DNA of 64,000 nucleotides, taken from IMG/VR virus record IMGVR_UViG_3300037010_002464; one strand, given 5' to 3'. The stretch is from a virus. The notes under the pieces are model-generated. The model was given only the letters and a program-made list of their open reading frames with translations, was not told where the DNA came from and did no database searches. A program made the translations under genes and the position numbers. How positions within the stretch are numbered: position 1 is the first letter of the stretch; every line of letters begins with the position of its first letter. This document shows positions 10,033 to 19,675 of the stretch, piece by piece.

Positions 10033-10754
10033 GATGTCCTAACTGAACAGAACAGGTTGAGCAGCTCGCGCTGCCAGTCGGCGGTGGGAACTTTGACGTG
10101 CTCATACACAAGCGCTTGCAAGGCTTCACCGTTGCAGAATGGGTCACGATGAGCGCGTTGTGCAAAGCGAAGGAGCTCATCCTTCAAGGCTTCATTGCCG
10201 CTTTGCCGAGCCTCGCCCTTCTTGCGACTGCGCACAACGCCTGGGATGAGCTCAGCCGCAGCGAGCGCCACAGCTACAGGGTAGCGAGGCGGTTCGGTGT
10301 GCATGTAGAAGTCCAGGCTTTCGCGTGCCACGGTCAAGTGAGCGTCATAGCTGAAGATCGGCTTGACTTGCAGCAGCTTGCGTAAGTTAGTCAGCTCAGG
10401 CGACACCACCTTCATGTACCAGAAGGCGGGATTCTTGCCGGACCATGGTGTGCGTTGCAGGGTAGTTGGGTCGAGCTCGACCGTGATTTGGCTGTTGACA
10501 ACCTGCTTGCACCGCTCTTCGTCAAAGCGGTCACCGTTGCCGCGGACCACCGTGATGTGGGTGCCGAACATTGGCTCAAGCAGGTTGCACCATGGGCCAT
10601 GCTCAAGCTCTATGAGCTTGGCATAGTAGCGAGCCAGCTCACGGTGCTTCTTCCCTGGGAGGTCCAGGATCAAGGTCTTGAGCTTGCCGGTCTTGCGGAA
10701 GTCCGCGCCGCGGTCAGGCTCGAAGACGAGGTTGCCGGTAACTTTCATGTTCAT
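10029..10754 (-). CDS. 2H phosphoesterase-family protein with C-terminal extension
   Basis: Two HxT motifs: THITVVR and AHLTVAR. Confidence 0.65.
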   Translation of the reverse strand: MNMKVTGNLVFEPDRGADFRKTGKLKTLILDLPGKKHRELARYYAKLIELEHGPWCNLLEPMFGTHITVVRGNGDRFDEERCKQVVNSQITVELDPTTLQRTPWSGKNPAFWYMKVVSPELTNLRKLLQVKPIFSYDAHLTVARESLDFYMHTEPPRYPVAVALAAAELIPGVVRSRKKGEARQSGNEALKDELLRFAQRAHRDPFCNGEALQALVYEHVKVPTADWQRELLNLFCSVRTS

Positions 10755-10780
10755 AAGTATTCAACTTGCCGATAGGTATA

Positions 10781-10809
10781 ATAGTACACCCTATCGAGCA
10801 AGTTGTAAA
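10781..10809 (-). promoter_or_regulatory. Sigma70-type early promoter TTTACA-N17-TACTAT inside an inverted repeat (10763-10804)
   Basis: Read directly; arms AACTTGC.CGATAGG / CCTATCG.GCAAGTT. Confidence 0.7.
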
Positions 10810-10812
10810 CAC

Positions 10813-11640
10813 TTAGAGTGGCCTCAATTTCGGCTCACCACCGTTGAAGAACTCGGCCACGTTGTCTAGCTGGTGGATGCTGAGCCATTGAGTATCAACG
10901 CGGACCTCATGCCTGGTCACAGGCTCGCCGGCGGCCGGACGCTTGGCCAAAGGGATGCGCTGTCGAACCTCCTCGTCCAGCGGCTTGAGGAAGGAGACAT
11001 GCCGCAGGTAGGCGCCGTTAGTGTAGGTAGGTGGCAGGCTCTCCCAGTCGAAGCCTCGCTCCTTGAGCAGCTCACGACGGTCTTGCATGCTGATGCCATG
11101 CAGCTCACGCTCAGGCGCAACGACACGGGCTGCGGTGCTCACAGCGTTCTTGACCGCGTCCTTCTCACGCCAGGTAAAAGCGTCCAACACGTCCAGCTCC
11201 GTGGGCACCTCCCACATGCGGCAGTCAAAGGCCGGCGGCTCGTTGAGCTCCAAGTAGCGAGTCGGGTCAGTCCGCATCAGGGTATCGAGGAATCGGCCAG
11301 TGAAGGTCGCCGACAGCAGGCTCACGTTCTTCTGCTCACGCATGTTGAACTCGAGCTTGTCACGATGCCAGCAGAAGGTGGCTTCATCAGACTGCACATA
11401 GGCCAAGCGCGGCCGCATCTTTGTGAAGGTACCGGCCGTAGCCTGAATCATGGCTTCGAGGATCCAGGAGTCGACGGGCTTCTGCATGCCCTTTGTGAAG
11501 GTGCTGAATGTACGGCCGTCAACGCGCGCGACAACCCACTCCCAGTCTTGGACAAGCGAGACTCCCGGACGAAAGAAGGAGCGCTCATTAGCCAAGCCCT
11601 CGTAGGCTTTGACCCGGTCACCGAGTGCGTCTGTTTTCAT
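10813..11640 (-). CDS. thg1: tRNA-His guanylyltransferase (Thg1 family)
   Basis: VARVDGRTFSTFT, AYVQSDE, PAFDCR, WREKDAVKN. Confidence 0.93.
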   Translation of the reverse strand: MKTDALGDRVKAYEGLANERSFFRPGVSLVQDWEWVVARVDGRTFSTFTKGMQKPVDSWILEAMIQATAGTFTKMRPRLAYVQSDEATFCWHRDKLEFNMREQKNVSLLSATFTGRFLDTLMRTDPTRYLELNEPPAFDCRMWEVPTELDVLDAFTWREKDAVKNAVSTAARVVAPERELHGISMQDRRELLKERGFDWESLPPTYTNGAYLRHVSFLKPLDEEVRQRIPLAKRPAAGEPVTRHEVRVDTQWLSIHQLDNVAEFFNGGEPKLRPL

Positions 11641-12149
11641 TCGAGAGAGTCCAAGTAGTCGTTGTAGGCACGGTGCGCCGAGCGAAGCACGAGCGGCCGC
11701 AGCTTGAGCTTTGACCGCACGTTCTTTGTAGTAAGCTTGCCGGAGCTTAACTTCGTTGCGCCAGAAGGTGTCAACCTTCTTCTGACGCTCTTCGCGCCAG
11801 TGTCGATGAAGTAGCTCTTCCCTACGCGCTCGATGACCTTCATCGCTTCGAATGGGTCAGAGCCGCCGTAGTCGTCCTCGCTGTCCGGGGTGACCGTGAC
11901 AGAGATGGCCATGAGGCCAGCGCCCGCGTCAAATGAGACAGCTAAGGCTGCAGAGTCCTCGTTGCGGAGGAGGTTGTAGCGACCTACGACACGGGTGAAC
12001 CGAGGAGCCTGCTTGATCGGATGATGCTTGGCTTGGAGCATGCGCAGCTGCTCCTTGAACTTGTCACCCTTCGGGACGCCGCTGCCCTGCTCGATGCCGA
12101 AGTCGCACCAGGAATCCGAGCTCACTTGTTGAGTGTCTTCTTGAGCCAT
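11637..12149 (-). CDS. Hypothetical protein
   Basis: 170 aa within the operon, ATGA overlap with thg1. Confidence 0.6.
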   Translation of the reverse strand: MAQEDTQQVSSDSWCDFGIEQGSGVPKGDKFKEQLRMLQAKHHPIKQAPRFTRVVGRYNLLRNEDSAALAVSFDAGAGLMAISVTVTPDSEDDYGGSDPFEAMKVIERVGKSYFIDTGAKSVRRRLTPSGATKLSSGKLTTKNVRSKLKLRPLVLRSAHRAYNDYLDSLE

Positions 12150-12501
12150 GCTTCACCACCTTTAGCTTGCAGCTTTTCGTGTTGCCGATAGGTGAGCTCG
12201 GTCGTAAAAGTGACCGTGCTCTTGGTTGTACGGCACCCCCGCTCCCGCAGCGTACCCATTGCCTCGTTGATCAGCTTGACGTAGTCGCCGACGGTCTTCA
12301 CATTCTCGATGTCATCGTCGCTGAGCTCGATACGAAACTCGTCTTCGACAGCCATGACCAGCTCAACCGCATCGAGGCTGTCCAGCATACCGTCGGCTTT
12401 GAGCTTCGAGAGCTGGGTATCAGGCGCTAGCTTAAGCACCTCCTCTGAGTAGCCGGTCTGCTCAAGATGGTCTTGAGCTAGTCAGGTGAGAGAGTCGTCA
12501 T
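12122..12501 (-). pseudogene. acpP: Acyl carrier protein; 5' end disrupted (TAG + frameshift) and 3' end fused to an unrelated small domain; the core could still be expressed from GTG 12439
   Basis: [17 protein letters not shown]...VKTVGDYV phosphopantetheine site; ATG 12501 MTTLSPD, then TAG at 12478-12480. Confidence 0.75.
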
Positions 12502-12655
12502 CTGGAATTGCCTTCTTGCGTTCGAATGAGCCCTTACCCTTGCGCTGCCGTTGGATGCGCTGCCGGTACTTGGGCGTTAGCAGGTCACGCGCGATCGGGT
12601 CACGCGGCCTTTGAATCGGGATGACGAGGGTGTTCTCGTCCTTCTCATCAGCCAT
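12482..12655 (-). CDS. arfA: ArfA-like alternative ribosome-rescue factor (57 aa)
   Basis: Hand translation MADEKDENTLVIPIQRPRDPIARDLLTPKYRQRIQRQRKGKGSFERKK matches the ArfA P-x-F/Y-RQR...KGKGS-Y/F-x-RK motif; below the ORF-track cutoff. Confidence 0.8.
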   Translation of the reverse strand: MADEKDENTLVIPIQRPRDPIARDLLTPKYRQRIQRQRKGKGSFERKKAIPDDDSLT

Positions 12656-13703
12656 GATGATAGACCTTGGTCAAGGCTTCGATGCGAGCATGCTTGAGAG
12701 CCAGGCCGATCTCCTTGCCAGGCAGGCCCAGGAACGGCTCGGCCAGCACGCCGTTGACTGCCTTAACGCCTTGCTCCAGGAGCTCGAGCTCAACAGGATC
12801 TGTGAACACCATGGCTCGACGCACTTGCGCCCACAGGCCACGGGTGGCTCCGGTTTGCTGCATGTCATCGAGCAGGCTGACAGGATTTGAGCGATCCCAT
12901 TTGCGAGTGATCACGTCAAAGGCCTTGACGGTCCCGCCAGGCAGGCCGCGTGCAGCGGCCTCGGTGATACGGTTGACGGCACCACCATGCTTGATCAGCC
13001 AAGCCAGCACTAAGTCAGGCTCTCGAGTCTTGTTGAGCAAAGCTTGGGTGAAGTCGGCGTCCATCGTGCGTAAAGCAGCAAGGCCTTTGACACGGCCGAA
13101 GGCCTTCATGACATAGAGCACCCTGAAGAAACGCATCGGGTCCGGCGTCTCCAAGGCTTTGACCAGCTCAGCCCAGATCCGCTCTTGGGACAGCTCGTTC
13201 AGCTGGCCGTGCTTGATCATGTCCTCGCACAGCTCGATAGTTTCGACGGCGATGTCAAAGTCCGGAAACTTGCCAGCGAAGCGGGCCAGCCGCAGGACAC
13301 GGAGCGGATCCTCGCAAAAGGCTTTGCTCGTGTGCCTCAACACCTTGACTTGTAGGTCACGCCTGCCACTGTAAGGGTCAACCAGCTCCCCTGTCTTCGT
13401 GTGCTTGGCCATCGAGTTGATGGTCAAGTCACGGCGGGCCAGGTCATCCTCAATCGTGACGGTGGGCGCGGCGTCAACCTCGAAGCCGTGATAGCCAACA
13501 GCCACCTTGCGTTCGATTCGAGCCAGCGCCCATTGGTCGCCGTTCTGTGGGTGCAAGAACACCGGAAAGTCGGCGCCGACCTTCTCAAAGCCGAGCTTCA
13601 ACATCTCGGCCTCGGTGGCGCCGGTGACCACGTAGTCATGGTCCGAAGGTGTCAAGCCCAGCAGCTCGTCACGGACTGAGCCGCCCACAGCGTAAACTTC
13701 CAT
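12648..13703 (-). CDS. cca: tRNA nucleotidyltransferase (CCA-adding enzyme, class II)
   Basis: YAVGGSVRDELLG, DHDYVV, EDDLARRDLTINSMA, EDPLRVLRLARF, ERIWAEL. Confidence 0.95.
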   Translation of the reverse strand: MEVYAVGGSVRDELLGLTPSDHDYVVTGATEAEMLKLGFEKVGADFPVFLHPQNGDQWALARIERKVAVGYHGFEVDAAPTVTIEDDLARRDLTINSMAKHTKTGELVDPYSGRRDLQVKVLRHTSKAFCEDPLRVLRLARFAGKFPDFDIAVETIELCEDMIKHGQLNELSQERIWAELVKALETPDPMRFFRVLYVMKAFGRVKGLAALRTMDADFTQALLNKTREPDLVLAWLIKHGGAVNRITEAAARGLPGGTVKAFDVITRKWDRSNPVSLLDDMQQTGATRGLWAQVRRAMVFTDPVELELLEQGVKAVNGVLAEPFLGLPGKEIGLALKHARIEALTKVYHHG

Positions 13704-13728
13704 GTCAGCCTCCGTTAGTATTGTACGG

Positions 13729-13757
13729 ATTGTACACCAGGAAGGCGCTGGTGTAAA
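13729..13757 (-). promoter_or_regulatory. Sigma70-type promoter TTTACA-N17-TACAAT within nested inverted repeats
   Basis: Inner arms TACACCAG/CTGGTGTA; outer arms CCTCCGTTA/TAACGGAGG. Confidence 0.75.
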
Positions 13758-13805
13758 TCACTTCTGTAACGGAGGCGCCCCCGAGACGGGCTCACGCCTG
13801 TCATC

Positions 13806-14381
13806 TCAGTCCCCGTGGTGCTTTGAGAAAGCCCGGGGCGCCATTAGAGCCTTGAGCTCCTCATAGGAGATGGGCGCATAGTTCATGCCTGGCGCGTCCA
13901 CGCCGATGTCCTGGATCTTGCCGCCCCAGGGGTGAATGGTCGTGCCATGACAGTGGCCGTGCAGCATCCAGGCTCCGTGGTGGCCGGACTCCCAGGTCAG
14001 CTCAGGCGTGTGGTTGAGCGTGATCTGCTGACGGTTGTACTTGCCCACGCCCTGGTCAGGAATGTTGATCACGCGCTTCTTCTCGATCAGCTCGAAGTAA
14101 GCGTGCAGCTGCTTGTTATCCTCGATGACCGAGTCGTGGTTGCCGAGGATCAAGCGCTTCTTGCCGTTGAGCCGGCACAGGATGTTCTCAGCCTTGACAG
14201 CTGGGAGGAAGGCAAAGTCGCCCAGATGCCAAACGATGTCATTCGGCTTGACCCGAGCATTCCATTTTTCGATCAACGCTTCGTTCATCTCGTTGACGTT
14301 ACCGAAAGGGCGCTTCGAGTACTTGATGACGTTGGCGTGTCCGAAGTGGGTGTCGGACGTGAAGAAGAGTGTCTGTGTCAT
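13806..14381 (-). CDS. Calcineurin-like metallophosphoesterase
   Basis: SDTHFGH, HLGDF, GNHD, HGHCH motifs. Confidence 0.92.
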   Translation of the reverse strand: MTQTLFFTSDTHFGHANVIKYSKRPFGNVNEMNEALIEKWNARVKPNDIVWHLGDFAFLPAVKAENILCRLNGKKRLILGNHDSVIEDNKQLHAYFELIEKKRVINIPDQGVGKYNRQQITLNHTPELTWESGHHGAWMLHGHCHGTTIHPWGGKIQDIGVDAPGMNYAPISYEELKALMAPRAFSKHHGD

Positions 14382-14508
14382 GATGTTATTATGATGCGCT
14401 CGAACCAGATGCCGAGCGTTGTTGACCTGCGCTCAACTTCGAGCTGCAAGTGGTTGGGCAGGTCAGTGACGTGATGCACGATGACATACTCGTTGGGCTC
14501 TCGCTTGG

Positions 14509-14847
14509 TCACGAGCCTAGCCCAAAGCTCGCGTGAGCAAGGGTGCATAGGTTGGCGACCGACGTAGGGGGGCTTTCATTTGACTTGTGCATGGTTGCAA
14601 TGCCAAGCATCTTGTTGCCGGTGTAGACCGGCACAGGCTTCAGCGCCGTACTTCCGCCAGGCGTGACAAGGCTCTGGGGCTTCGGGGTTTGCCGGATGAC
14701 AGTCTCAGGAGCCTTGACCGGCGCGACTTTGACTGGAGCCGGCGTGCGCGCAAACTTAGGTACGCTCGCCCACTTAGCCAGCATCTGTTCATTGGAGTCA
14801 TGCAGCGCCTGTTGCTTGCTTGTTAACTGATGCTTCTTTCGCTTCAT
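14509..14847 (-). CDS. Conserved T4-like phage hypothetical protein (GIATMHKSN family); C-terminus apparently deleted or fused
   Basis: YTGNKMLGIATMHKSN motif; ATG 14847 follows an early promoter. Confidence 0.6.
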   Translation of the reverse strand: MKRKKHQLTSKQQALHDSNEQMLAKWASVPKFARTPAPVKVAPVKAPETVIRQTPKPQSLVTPGGSTALKPVPVYTGNKMLGIATMHKSNESPPTSVANLCTLAHASFGLGS

Positions 14848-14854
14848 ACCTTGG

Positions 14855-14886
14855 ATTGTATTCGGCATTAGCCGCTTTGTAAATAC
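14855..14886. promoter_or_regulatory. Overlapping divergent promoters: early TTTACA-N17-TACAAT (-, 14855-14883) and late TAAATAC (+, 14880-14886)
   Basis: Read directly; CGGC/GCCG hairpin in the spacer. Confidence 0.65.
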
Positions 14887-14890
14887 TTCC

Positions 14891-15697
14891 ATGCTTAAGA
14901 CCTACATCATCCAACGTTCAATTCTCGAGCCTATCCCGTGCGAGCGCCTGCACCGTGTTGACTATGACGAGCTGCTCAAGACAATGCGCTTTCCGCTCAT
15001 GTGGGTATACGAGCACTACCTGCAGGCATGGCTACCGCGCGAGGTGGATGAGCGCTTGATCTTGTCGATGACCGGCTATAGGCTCGATAATGACCGGCTA
15101 ATGCGCAGGCTAACAGTCCTGGGTTTGCTCGAGGTGCCACAGCTGCGATGGGAGGACCTCAAGGACCAGCTTAAAGCTGACGGCTATGTCAAGGTTCCAG
15201 GCATAGTGCCTGCGGGTTACTGCGCTCAGCTAGCTGACTACTTCTACCGTCAACCTGAAGTCCATGAGCGCTGGCCTGACATGCCTGGCATCAAGCGTAC
15301 ATCGGTCAATGACTCGCCGTTGATGCGACTGGTCCATGAGGCTACGCTCAAGCTTGCACTCTACGTGCTTGACGCTGACATCAAGACCAGCTATAGCTTT
15401 ACAGCAGCATATGAGGCAGGTACCGTGCTGCCGCGGCACACTGACAGGCCGCAGTGCGTTTACAACGCGTCCGTCATCTTAGGTGTCGACCCGTCAAGCG
15501 CTGACCCTAAGGAGTGGCCGCTCTTCATCGAAGTCAACGGAGTGCCGCATGCTGCCAAGCTCAACGTAGGCGACGCTGTGTTCTATGCAGGTACCCGAGA
15601 CCCACATTGGCGGAACGAGCTCCCAGCAAACATGCACCGGCTACTGGGAACCTTTTTCCACTACGTGCCGGCGGACTTTGCCGGCTCGCTTGCTTAG
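14891..15697 (+). CDS. 2OG-Fe(II) oxygenase-family protein
   Basis: LPRHTDRPQC (HxD), GDAVFYAG, PHWR, FFHYV. Confidence 0.85.
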   Translation: MLKTYIIQRSILEPIPCERLHRVDYDELLKTMRFPLMWVYEHYLQAWLPREVDERLILSMTGYRLDNDRLMRRLTVLGLLEVPQLRWEDLKDQLKADGYVKVPGIVPAGYCAQLADYFYRQPEVHERWPDMPGIKRTSVNDSPLMRLVHEATLKLALYVLDADIKTSYSFTAAYEAGTVLPRHTDRPQCVYNASVILGVDPSSADPKEWPLFIEVNGVPHAAKLNVGDAVFYAGTRDPHWRNELPANMHRLLGTFFHYVPADFAGSLA

Positions 15698-17151
15698 ACC
15701 CAGTAGCCGGTGAATGTCACGATAGACGTGATCGACTGGGATGCGGTAGCCGTACCCACAAGCTGCTTGAAGTGGGTGTTGATGAATTCACCCGGGTGGA
15801 CAACGATCGGCGCGGACTGAAAGTCCATGACGAGGTCCGGCGCATAGACAGCGCCGATAGCAGCAGCGATAGGTACCGACTGGAAACCGAGGAAGATGCG
15901 GCGGGGCGTCTTCGTTGTACCTGTGGCGAATGAACCAGTCTCAGCGGTTTGCATCGACACGGCGGTATGGCCATAGCCGATCGCCCACTGAAGAGTAGTC
16001 GGCGTGGTTACAACAGCAGCGCCCGTGTTGATTGACGAGATGCGAACGCCGGTGATGATCAAGTTACGACCCGTAATGTTGATCGTCGCTGCTGGCACCT
16101 GGTAGCTTGTTGCGATGTAGTCGGTGTTCGCGCCCGCAGCAGCCGTGATGACCGTGACGCCTCCCAAGCCCGTCGAAGCGGCGGCGGTGTTCGAGCCGGC
16201 AGCCGTTGTTGGGTTCGTTGACGAGCCGGTAGTAATCGTGCCGGTGGCTTGCGTTGAACCGACAGTCGTACCGTTCTGACCTTGGTAGGCCATTAGGCCT
16301 GCAAGAGCTTGCTGATGAGCATACGGCAGGTTGGTGTCCAGGTCCATCAGCGACACCGTTAGGTCCGAGACACGCCACGTGTTCGTGTTTGAGACCGTAC
16401 CGGTGTTGTACTTCATCATGAATACAGGTAGCGAGCCAGCGATGAAGGGCTGTCCGTTGCCCGCTGGAACATTCAACGTGCCGATTAGCACGTCATCCAA
16501 CCAGAAGTATACGCTGTGCTCTGAGACAACGATCGTTGTCTTGAACATCGTACTGACCGTGAGCTGTGCGAGGGAGCGCATAACTGACGTCGTCGTCGTC
16601 GTGCCGTTAAACCTTACTTCACCGACCATGCCCACGGTAGTAATCCGAATCCAAGCACCGTCTGTCGGTTCCGTCGTGGCAGCTGTTGGGTTACCCAGGC
16701 CGAACATGACGTTCTCATTGGCTACGAGCGTTGCGGTGAAGAGCCCTTGGGTAAATTCCAGCGACAACGGCGCGGTGCCAACCACCGGGAAGTACTGGAA
16801 CGTCTTCATGTATGCGCCGTGCGATGAGGTCGTGCCTTGAACCGTGCCGAAGTTCAACGTGCCTGCGCCTGGCAAAGACGCTGTCAGTGTGTTGAAGGTG
16901 TATGACCAGTTGGACGTATTTTGCGCGGTTGCGTTGAACGTCTCGGTGAACAGCATCGTGTCCACGCCGATGCGCAGCCGATAGTCATTCGAGGTCTCAG
17001 GGCTACGCAGCGTCGCGGTGCCCAGGATCGTACCGTCATCGTTCTCGCTGAAGATGCGAGTCTTTGAGTTGTTGGTCAGGGCTACTGACAGCTCGCCAGA
17101 GCTGCTAACTTCGGCGCCTTGGCCAGTGGATGGGGAGTTGATGATTGCCAT
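15694..17151 (-). CDS. Virion structural protein (T/G/A-rich, beta-sandwich-like)
   Basis: 485 aa, late promoter upstream, fibre-like composition. Confidence 0.7.
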   Translation of the reverse strand: MAIINSPSTGQGAEVSSSGELSVALTNNSKTRIFSENDDGTILGTATLRSPETSNDYRLRIGVDTMLFTETFNATAQNTSNWSYTFNTLTASLPGAGTLNFGTVQGTTSSHGAYMKTFQYFPVVGTAPLSLEFTQGLFTATLVANENVMFGLGNPTAATTEPTDGAWIRITTVGMVGEVRFNGTTTTTSVMRSLAQLTVSTMFKTTIVVSEHSVYFWLDDVLIGTLNVPAGNGQPFIAGSLPVFMMKYNTGTVSNTNTWRVSDLTVSLMDLDTNLPYAHQQALAGLMAYQGQNGTTVGSTQATGTITTGSSTNPTTAAGSNTAAASTGLGGVTVITAAAGANTDYIATSYQVPAATINITGRNLIITGVRISSINTGAAVVTTPTTLQWAIGYGHTAVSMQTAETGSFATGTTKTPRRIFLGFQSVPIAAAIGAVYAPDLVMDFQSAPIVVHPGEFINTHFKQLVGTATASQSITSIVTFTGYWV

Positions 17152-17170
17152 GTAAGAGATCCTCTAGTTG

Positions 17171-17177
17171 CTATTTA
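17171..17177 (-). promoter_or_regulatory. Late promoter core TAAATAG
   Basis: CTATTTA on +. Confidence 0.7.
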
Positions 17178-17179
17178 TG

Positions 17180-19675
17180 CTAGTCGACGATGCGCATCCA
17201 GCATCCCAAGCCTTCATCAACCGTTGAGTTGCCTGACATGGGCATTTGCATTACGGATGTGTCAAATGACAGGATGTAGGGTGTTGTTGTTAAGCCTATA
17301 GGCTGATAGAGACTTTGCTTCCAAAGGATGAGCTGATTGCCAGAGCCGATGGTAAGCGGGTATCCGCCTGTGATAGGTTGCCTAAACACGTCCACTAAGG
17401 GCATGTTTAACGCATATGTCGGACCGTTCGGCGAAACTGCATACCGGCCGTAAGGTTCCATTATGTAGTTGCCGATGGTGTATTGGGCGTTCACTCGCAA
17501 GCCCGTCCGCGACACAGACCAGGTCGTCATATTATCTGTACTGGTGTAGCCGGTATATCGGTTTACGTCATATGTCATCCACGTGTTTGTAGGGATGTGA
17601 TAAACAAGTGACTCGCAAGCGATTGATCCGGCAGCGGTAGACGCTGAAATCTCAGTGAACGAGAGCATGTTTGACGACTTGTAGATGCCATACAAACATA
17701 GCACGTAATAGTCGCTGCCGATCTTCGTGATGTTATTGACCGCGCTAACCGTACCCGTAAGGGTTGTAATAAGCGTCCAGGAAGCACCATGGTTAGTAGT
17801 TTGGTAAACACTCCCGTTATGACCAAGCGCCACAGTGCTAGACGACGACACCGATACAACCCGGTAATTTTGCACGCCAGGGTAATTTGTAGGGTTGAGT
17901 GATGTCGCGGTCAAGGCGCCGGAGGGAGACGTGAACGTGTATACGACACCTTGATTGATGCTGTTTGTTGCGGCCAAGTAATATGTCGAGCCGTCATATG
18001 CGAGGCAACTTTGTGACGGTAAATTCAAGTCAGCATAGGCAACGCCGGCACCCGCAATTGTTTGCGCGACTGTCCATGTAGCGCCTTCATCAGTCGACGT
18101 GATAATACTGATGTCGTTTGTATTCGTGTTTACGTTTACCAACACGATTGTCGAGCCTGTATAGCAAGAGCCTAGGTGAACTGCGCCGAGTGCGGAGCGC
18201 TCGACCACCCCGCAAAAAGTTACATTGACTTTAGGAAATAGCGCCTTCAAGCTAGCTGATGCATTGCTATATGTCGATGAGCCGTCGCACTGTTTAAACT
18301 TGCCCTCAAGCGCAGTGCCATAGCCTGGGTTGTAATCCATGGTAGAATACCCTGGATAGTCTGCCGGGTTTACGTTGTCATCGATTGCGATGTATGAGGC
18401 AGCAAAGTCAGAAAGCTGAGGGAACATCACAAAGCGTGATGGAAACACAGCATATGACTTAGCCTTATCGATTGTGAACTTTTTAAAGAAGCCAACGCCG
18501 ACAGAGGGTGCATTGAACACACCGAACGTCGTGTCATCGAGCGTGACAGCATTGAAGCACAAGGACATAAAGCCTTCATATTGGACATTAAGCGGTGTAA
18601 CTTCAATGCCTGAAGCTTGAAGATTTTCCGTTAAGTCGCGAATCAAAATCCCTGTAACTGTACTATTGCTAAGAGACCCTGTGATCACATATTTGTTTGA
18701 CAAAGCCATCAATGCATTAGCTTCAAAGCCTTGCGCTAAATTTGCGTAGTTCTTGATCGTTGTGAAGTTATCATTAGTGATGTATACAGCGCCGTTTGTG
18801 GCAAGCATGTAAAATGAGTTGCCATATGACTTAAGCGGTCCTGTGAAGTCAGATGCTTGGAAATAGATTGACCCAATCAAATTATGCCTAGTCCATGTAC
18901 CCCCAACGGTAGAATTTGTGAAGAATGCCGTGTAGTTATAGTTGAGATAACTGCTATAGCTGGGAACTGCCGCTACTGCAAGCACTCCCGCGTCATTGAC
19001 AGCAAAGGCCCATGCCTTGCTAATAGTTGAATCAGATGCGTATGACCAAGACACGCAGTCGGATGATGACGCAATTACTGCTGTAGCATTTGTGTTGTAA
19101 GCAGCCGCAAATACATAAAAGGTACCAGCCTTAAAGATGAATTCGGACGTTGTCTGAGACAAGTCAGGTACCGTTACTGTACCTACATATGACCAGCTAG
19201 CCCCTGTTGTAGACGTGTAAATCTCACCCGTAGTAGCGAGGATGTAATAAGCGGCGCTTGTAGCGCATACAGCTGAATACTGCTTATCAGAAACAGTACC
19301 GATTGACCAAGATGAACCGCCGTCCGTCGAATATGTAACTTGAGTGATCGTATCGCTTCCATAGAGGTTATAAGGCACAGCTAAGATCTTTAAGCTGTCT
19401 ATGTTAGCGACCTTCCATTGATAGCCACCCGCAGCTATCGGCAAGGCAACGGAGGTAACAACCTCGGCCTTTTTGTTATAAATCCCAGGGGCGTCAAATG
19501 GCAGCTGTTCTCCTGGCAAGCGAATGCCGCCGTTGTATGCAGTAAGGCTATAGATGCCGTCGCCATAGCTGCCAGTGCGCTTAAACTTGTTGGACGGCGG
19601 AGGCAGAGCAAAATAACTGCTTTCACCCTTGACGCTACGCTTCTTATTTGCTCCGTAAAGGCTCTTATGAGTCAT
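17180..19675 (-). CDS. Asp-box/BNR beta-propeller virion (receptor-binding) protein
   Basis: STDGGSSWS, STTGASWS, STDEGATWT, TTNHGASWT, STDNMTTWS; AT-rich. Confidence 0.75.
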   Translation of the reverse strand: MTHKSLYGANKKRSVKGESSYFALPPPSNKFKRTGSYGDGIYSLTAYNGGIRLPGEQLPFDAPGIYNKKAEVVTSVALPIAAGGYQWKVANIDSLKILAVPYNLYGSDTITQVTYSTDGGSSWSIGTVSDKQYSAVCATSAAYYILATTGEIYTSTTGASWSYVGTVTVPDLSQTTSEFIFKAGTFYVFAAAYNTNATAVIASSSDCVSWSYASDSTISKAWAFAVNDAGVLAVAAVPSYSSYLNYNYTAFFTNSTVGGTWTRHNLIGSIYFQASDFTGPLKSYGNSFYMLATNGAVYITNDNFTTIKNYANLAQGFEANALMALSNKYVITGSLSNSTVTGILIRDLTENLQASGIEVTPLNVQYEGFMSLCFNAVTLDDTTFGVFNAPSVGVGFFKKFTIDKAKSYAVFPSRFVMFPQLSDFAASYIAIDDNVNPADYPGYSTMDYNPGYGTALEGKFKQCDGSSTYSNASASLKALFPKVNVTFCGVVERSALGAVHLGSCYTGSTIVLVNVNTNTNDISIITSTDEGATWTVAQTIAGAGVAYADLNLPSQSCLAYDGSTYYLAATNSINQGVVYTFTSPSGALTATSLNPTNYPGVQNYRVVSVSSSSTVALGHNGSVYQTTNHGASWTLITTLTGTVSAVNNITKIGSDYYVLCLYGIYKSSNMLSFTEISASTAAGSIACESLVYHIPTNTWMTYDVNRYTGYTSTDNMTTWSVSRTGLRVNAQYTIGNYIMEPYGRYAVSPNGPTYALNMPLVDVFRQPITGGYPLTIGSGNQLILWKQSLYQPIGLTTTPYILSFDTSVMQMPMSGNSTVDEGLGCWMRIVD

